From the NCBI GenBank assembly GCA_046563655.1, contig CM102290.1, forward strand, positions 14,136,001 through 14,200,000: DNA of 64,000 nt. The letters are read 5' to 3'. The position numbers and the translations under genes were made by a program. Under the pieces are notes generated by a model, which saw nothing but the letters and a program-made list of their open reading frames with translations, searched no databases and was not told the DNA's origin. Below, piece after piece: positions 60,841 through 64,000 of the stretch; positions within the stretch are counted from its first letter, which is position 1, and every line of letters begins with the position of its first letter. This DNA comes from Yuukianura sp. NJ FZ-2021. Its lineage: Eukaryota.

Positions 60841-63445
60841 TTGAGAAGGGGGCCCTTGGTCGTCCAAGTTCAAGATCGAGGTTGCAGTGTCCCTTCCCAT
60901 GTCTGACTTTCACAAAGTGCCAAAGAGAGAGCTGCACCACAATCTCCTTTGATTTGGGAATGAGGTCAAAGTTAATAATACGAGGCACACTTTCGGCAGT
61001 GAGTACTGGGAGTACTACTGGGCATGGGGGCAGGGTAATGCCACAGTTATGCTATCATGCATCATCATCATCATCCTCCCCACTCCCTCCTGTGATGCAT
61101 ATCCATTTGGTTTCATGATGATCCACCCCCTTCTGCTGTCTTTGATGGAGTAACCTACAAACCCAGAAGGACACATAAGACTTTAAAACCACCACGCCTT
61201 CAATCTACTTCAAAATATTCAAAACTTACACCTAAAAAGTGTAACTTCACATGTACGAAGTGTCAAAGTACTCACTTTTCAAAAAAAAAAATGGCGGCAA
61301 CTCCCACTTCAGTTTGAAAATGATGAAAAACTCGAGTTCCTTTTGAAAATGGCGGCAACTTCCACTTCAATTTAAAAAATGGTGGCAAAATCGATTTTGA
61401 AAATGGCGGCAACTTCGATTTCAATTTGATTTTTCCCACCAGAATTCCATCATCTGGTGTAAAAAAAAATTCCAAGATTTGATGAAAGCCGAGAGTTGTG
61501 CGGAGGAGAGGGTTGACTTTTCGTCGGAAAAAGCTGAAAGGCTTCCGTCTGTCTAAAAATGAACACAAAAACAAAATGTTTACGTTCAAAAGGAAGCCTA
61601 AAAAGCTTAATTAACACAAAAACAAGAAAGTTGAAAAAACATAGCCTAACCTTAGCAAAAACATAACTTAGTCTAACACTAACCTAGGGCAACCCCAATG
61701 TTCGTATCCAACAGTTTCCTGGAACGGCCGTTGTTGTTTTCCTTTCATTACTGGACATCACAATAACATGAAAGACTTGAGCAGTAGAAGCACCGTCTCC
61801 TGGACCACGGTTCGACGGTTTTCATGACTCTTGACCTTGGCAGTGACTTTGACATGTCGTGCATCTCTTGAAACTTCCTTCCGTTTTAAAGTTGCTTCCT
61901 GAGGTATAATGGACACATCACAGAAGCATAAGGAAACTCGTTTCTTTTTAGGAAGTTGGTCATTCATTGTCTAGATTTGATAACAATTGGACAATTAAAG
62001 AGAAGAGAGATTTCACTTGTTCAGATTTTGTGTGTTACGCACGAGGGGATGGAGTTGAGGTGCTCTTGAGTTGTTGAGAAGATGTCATCGCTAACATAAA
62101 AAATAAGTTGATTTTAGAATATAATAGAGAGAGTATAGGAGATGATCTTGGTTAAACTTACGATTAGTAATCGCCTCATTCATAACAACAAATAGACACT
62201 CCATTGTTGGTGTAGTGGTGGGCCAGAGTGGAGCAGAGACCTACTTCCTACTTTTTTCTTCTTCTGTGATGATGATGATGATGAAGTGAATTGATGATGA
62301 TGCTGGTGGTGGACGAGATATGTAGGAAAGTGGGTCAGTGTCTCTCCTTCTCTTTGCTAACTATTAAGCACACAGATTGAAAGTAACTGAGCGGAAGATA
62401 CTGGCAGTAGTGGAATCCGGGTTAGGATGTTGCCCGAGGGCTGTTCAAGGTCTAGATCACAACAATGCTATTTGCCCATTGTTGTGATTGCCCAAGGGAA
62501 CGAATCCACTTCCTCCGTAGTTACTCCTTCAACATCATCATCCCAAAGAAGAATACTGCGGAGTGTTCCTTGTACTTGAGCAGCATCTTGTACTTGGTCA
62601 CTGGCAGTTAGTTGCAGAGGCAGCTTCTTGTCCTACAACTCACAAAGTGACGCCGTTACATCAGTCAATCAGACTCACTCTCAACGGTGGCCGTGGTGAA
62701 GGCGGAGTTAGTCGTCATCTCTCATCTATCACACGATTTTAAACCGTGGCTCATCACCGCTGGCTCATCCTGAGACTTAGTAGTGAACTTGAGAAGTTGA
62801 GACTAAAAACCATTGTCAAGTTGGTGCTCCCTCATCAGTAGTTGATTGTCACGTTGGCTGGATAGGAGTCCATGGCAGCACCAACATCAGTATCGACATC
62901 AGTATCGTCATCAGGATTATCTCTTCTGGAACTTCCCTAAACAGTTTAGAAAGTGGATTAATTGAGGTGTATTACGGTAACATCAGTTAATTGAGAGCGT
63001 ATGGGGACAGTGCTTTGACAATTGAAGTGTTTAGTGTATTTACACTGGGAACTTTACCTCTGAATGCGCCAGTCCCGAATCCGCTCCATCCCAGGACATA
63101 ACCAGAAGAAGTGTTGAAACATAGTGAAAATCTCTCATACGGTATTCATACCCCTTCCAGAAAAGACTGCTGTGGCTCATCTCCGGTAAATCGCTTTACA
63201 GTAGCCATCCACCTTTCAATAAGTCAATAACAGAAACAGAGTCAATTGAAAAGTACAGTTGGATCCACAAAACCCAAAACTAATTCAACAATTAACACAG
63301 TTAATTAAAAGTGAACACAAGTGTTGTTACCTGGTTACACAGTTGACAATTGAGTCATCATAATGCACACGGGCGGACTCCTACTTCTTCAGTCTCGTCC
63401 AGGTAAAAACGTTTCTCCTCATTTTTCAAACGTTTGACTCTTTTT
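60841..63445 (-). ncRNA. Candidate spliced non-coding transcript (lncRNA, long UTR or decayed gene)
   Basis: GC-balanced blocks alternate with AT-rich 68-131 nt gaps bounded by GT...AG on the minus strand. No long ORF was found in any exon or in the splice joins I checked. Confidence 0.35.
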
Positions 63446-64000
63446 CTAAAAAAAGGAAAAAATTGGCAATTTTTTGGAAACTGGAAATTAGAGGAACGAA
63501 AACGAACTTTTCTAAAAAAAAATTCAAAATGGCCCTCGAGATTCAAATTTCTTCCGGCCAAAACCGCCTATTGTTTCTCACAAATTTTTCCGCCGTGACT
63601 AATCCTCAGATATGTCGGAAACTCGGCTTTTCGCATCTTCTTTTCCTGTTGTCATTGGTAGGCTATTGTGTCCACATTTTGTTTTATGTAGGATCAACTA
63701 ATCCAGGAATTTGGAGTTTAGTTCCTCATCGTCACCATTTTTTGGTCAAATCAGGGTCACTTCCCTCTCCACATAATTAGACAATTAATTGGAGGTTTAG
63801 AGGAATTCAAGGTTTCACTTCCGGGGAGATATTTTATAACAAATGGGTTCCATCAGTCGACAACATTATTGTCATACCCAATACAAATTGTTCAATGTAC
63901 GGTTACCGTAGATTTCCAAATAGTGCCCCTATTCCAAACAACTCCTTATCTCTCTTGTAGTACCCCTCCAAAGGTACAACAATTAGTACCCCGGGGTACT

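Overview
Eukaryotic, AT-rich genomic DNA from an animal, probably an arthropod (inferred from short 60-130 nt GT-AG introns, FYVE-bearing Rabaptin, spoonbill/AKAP1 and Mp20-type calponin). The left part (1-18.3 kb) holds compact housekeeping genes: GCN1 (runs off the left edge), TBL2, a divergent Tudor-less SMN-like gene, Rabaptin-5 and AKAP1/spoonbill-like. The middle (19.3-51.5 kb) is a tandem array of 14 head-to-tail units, 1.7-3.0 kb each. Each unit encodes a C2H2 zinc-finger protein with an intronless CDS, typically 321 aa with 10 C2H2 fingers, one terminal C2HC finger and no N-terminal effector domain. Scaffolds are near-identical, but the DNA-contacting helix residues are hypervariable and shuffled between paralogues. 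The terminal C2HC/CCVDA module is almost invariant, one paralogue ends in a polybasic CaaX (CIIL) tail, and the spacers carry ecdysone-response-element-like IR1 palindromes and AGGTCA direct repeats. This array is the best candidate for an undescribed system, possibly a hormone-responsive, KRAB-independent diversifying ZNF repertoire. Three MITE-like insertions sit in the array. The right part has a calponin/Mp20-family gene, about 7 kb of non-coding DNA with palindromes, and a candidate spliced minus-strand lncRNA carrying a YY1/Pho motif cluster. Exon boundaries were read by eye and functional interpretations are inferences.
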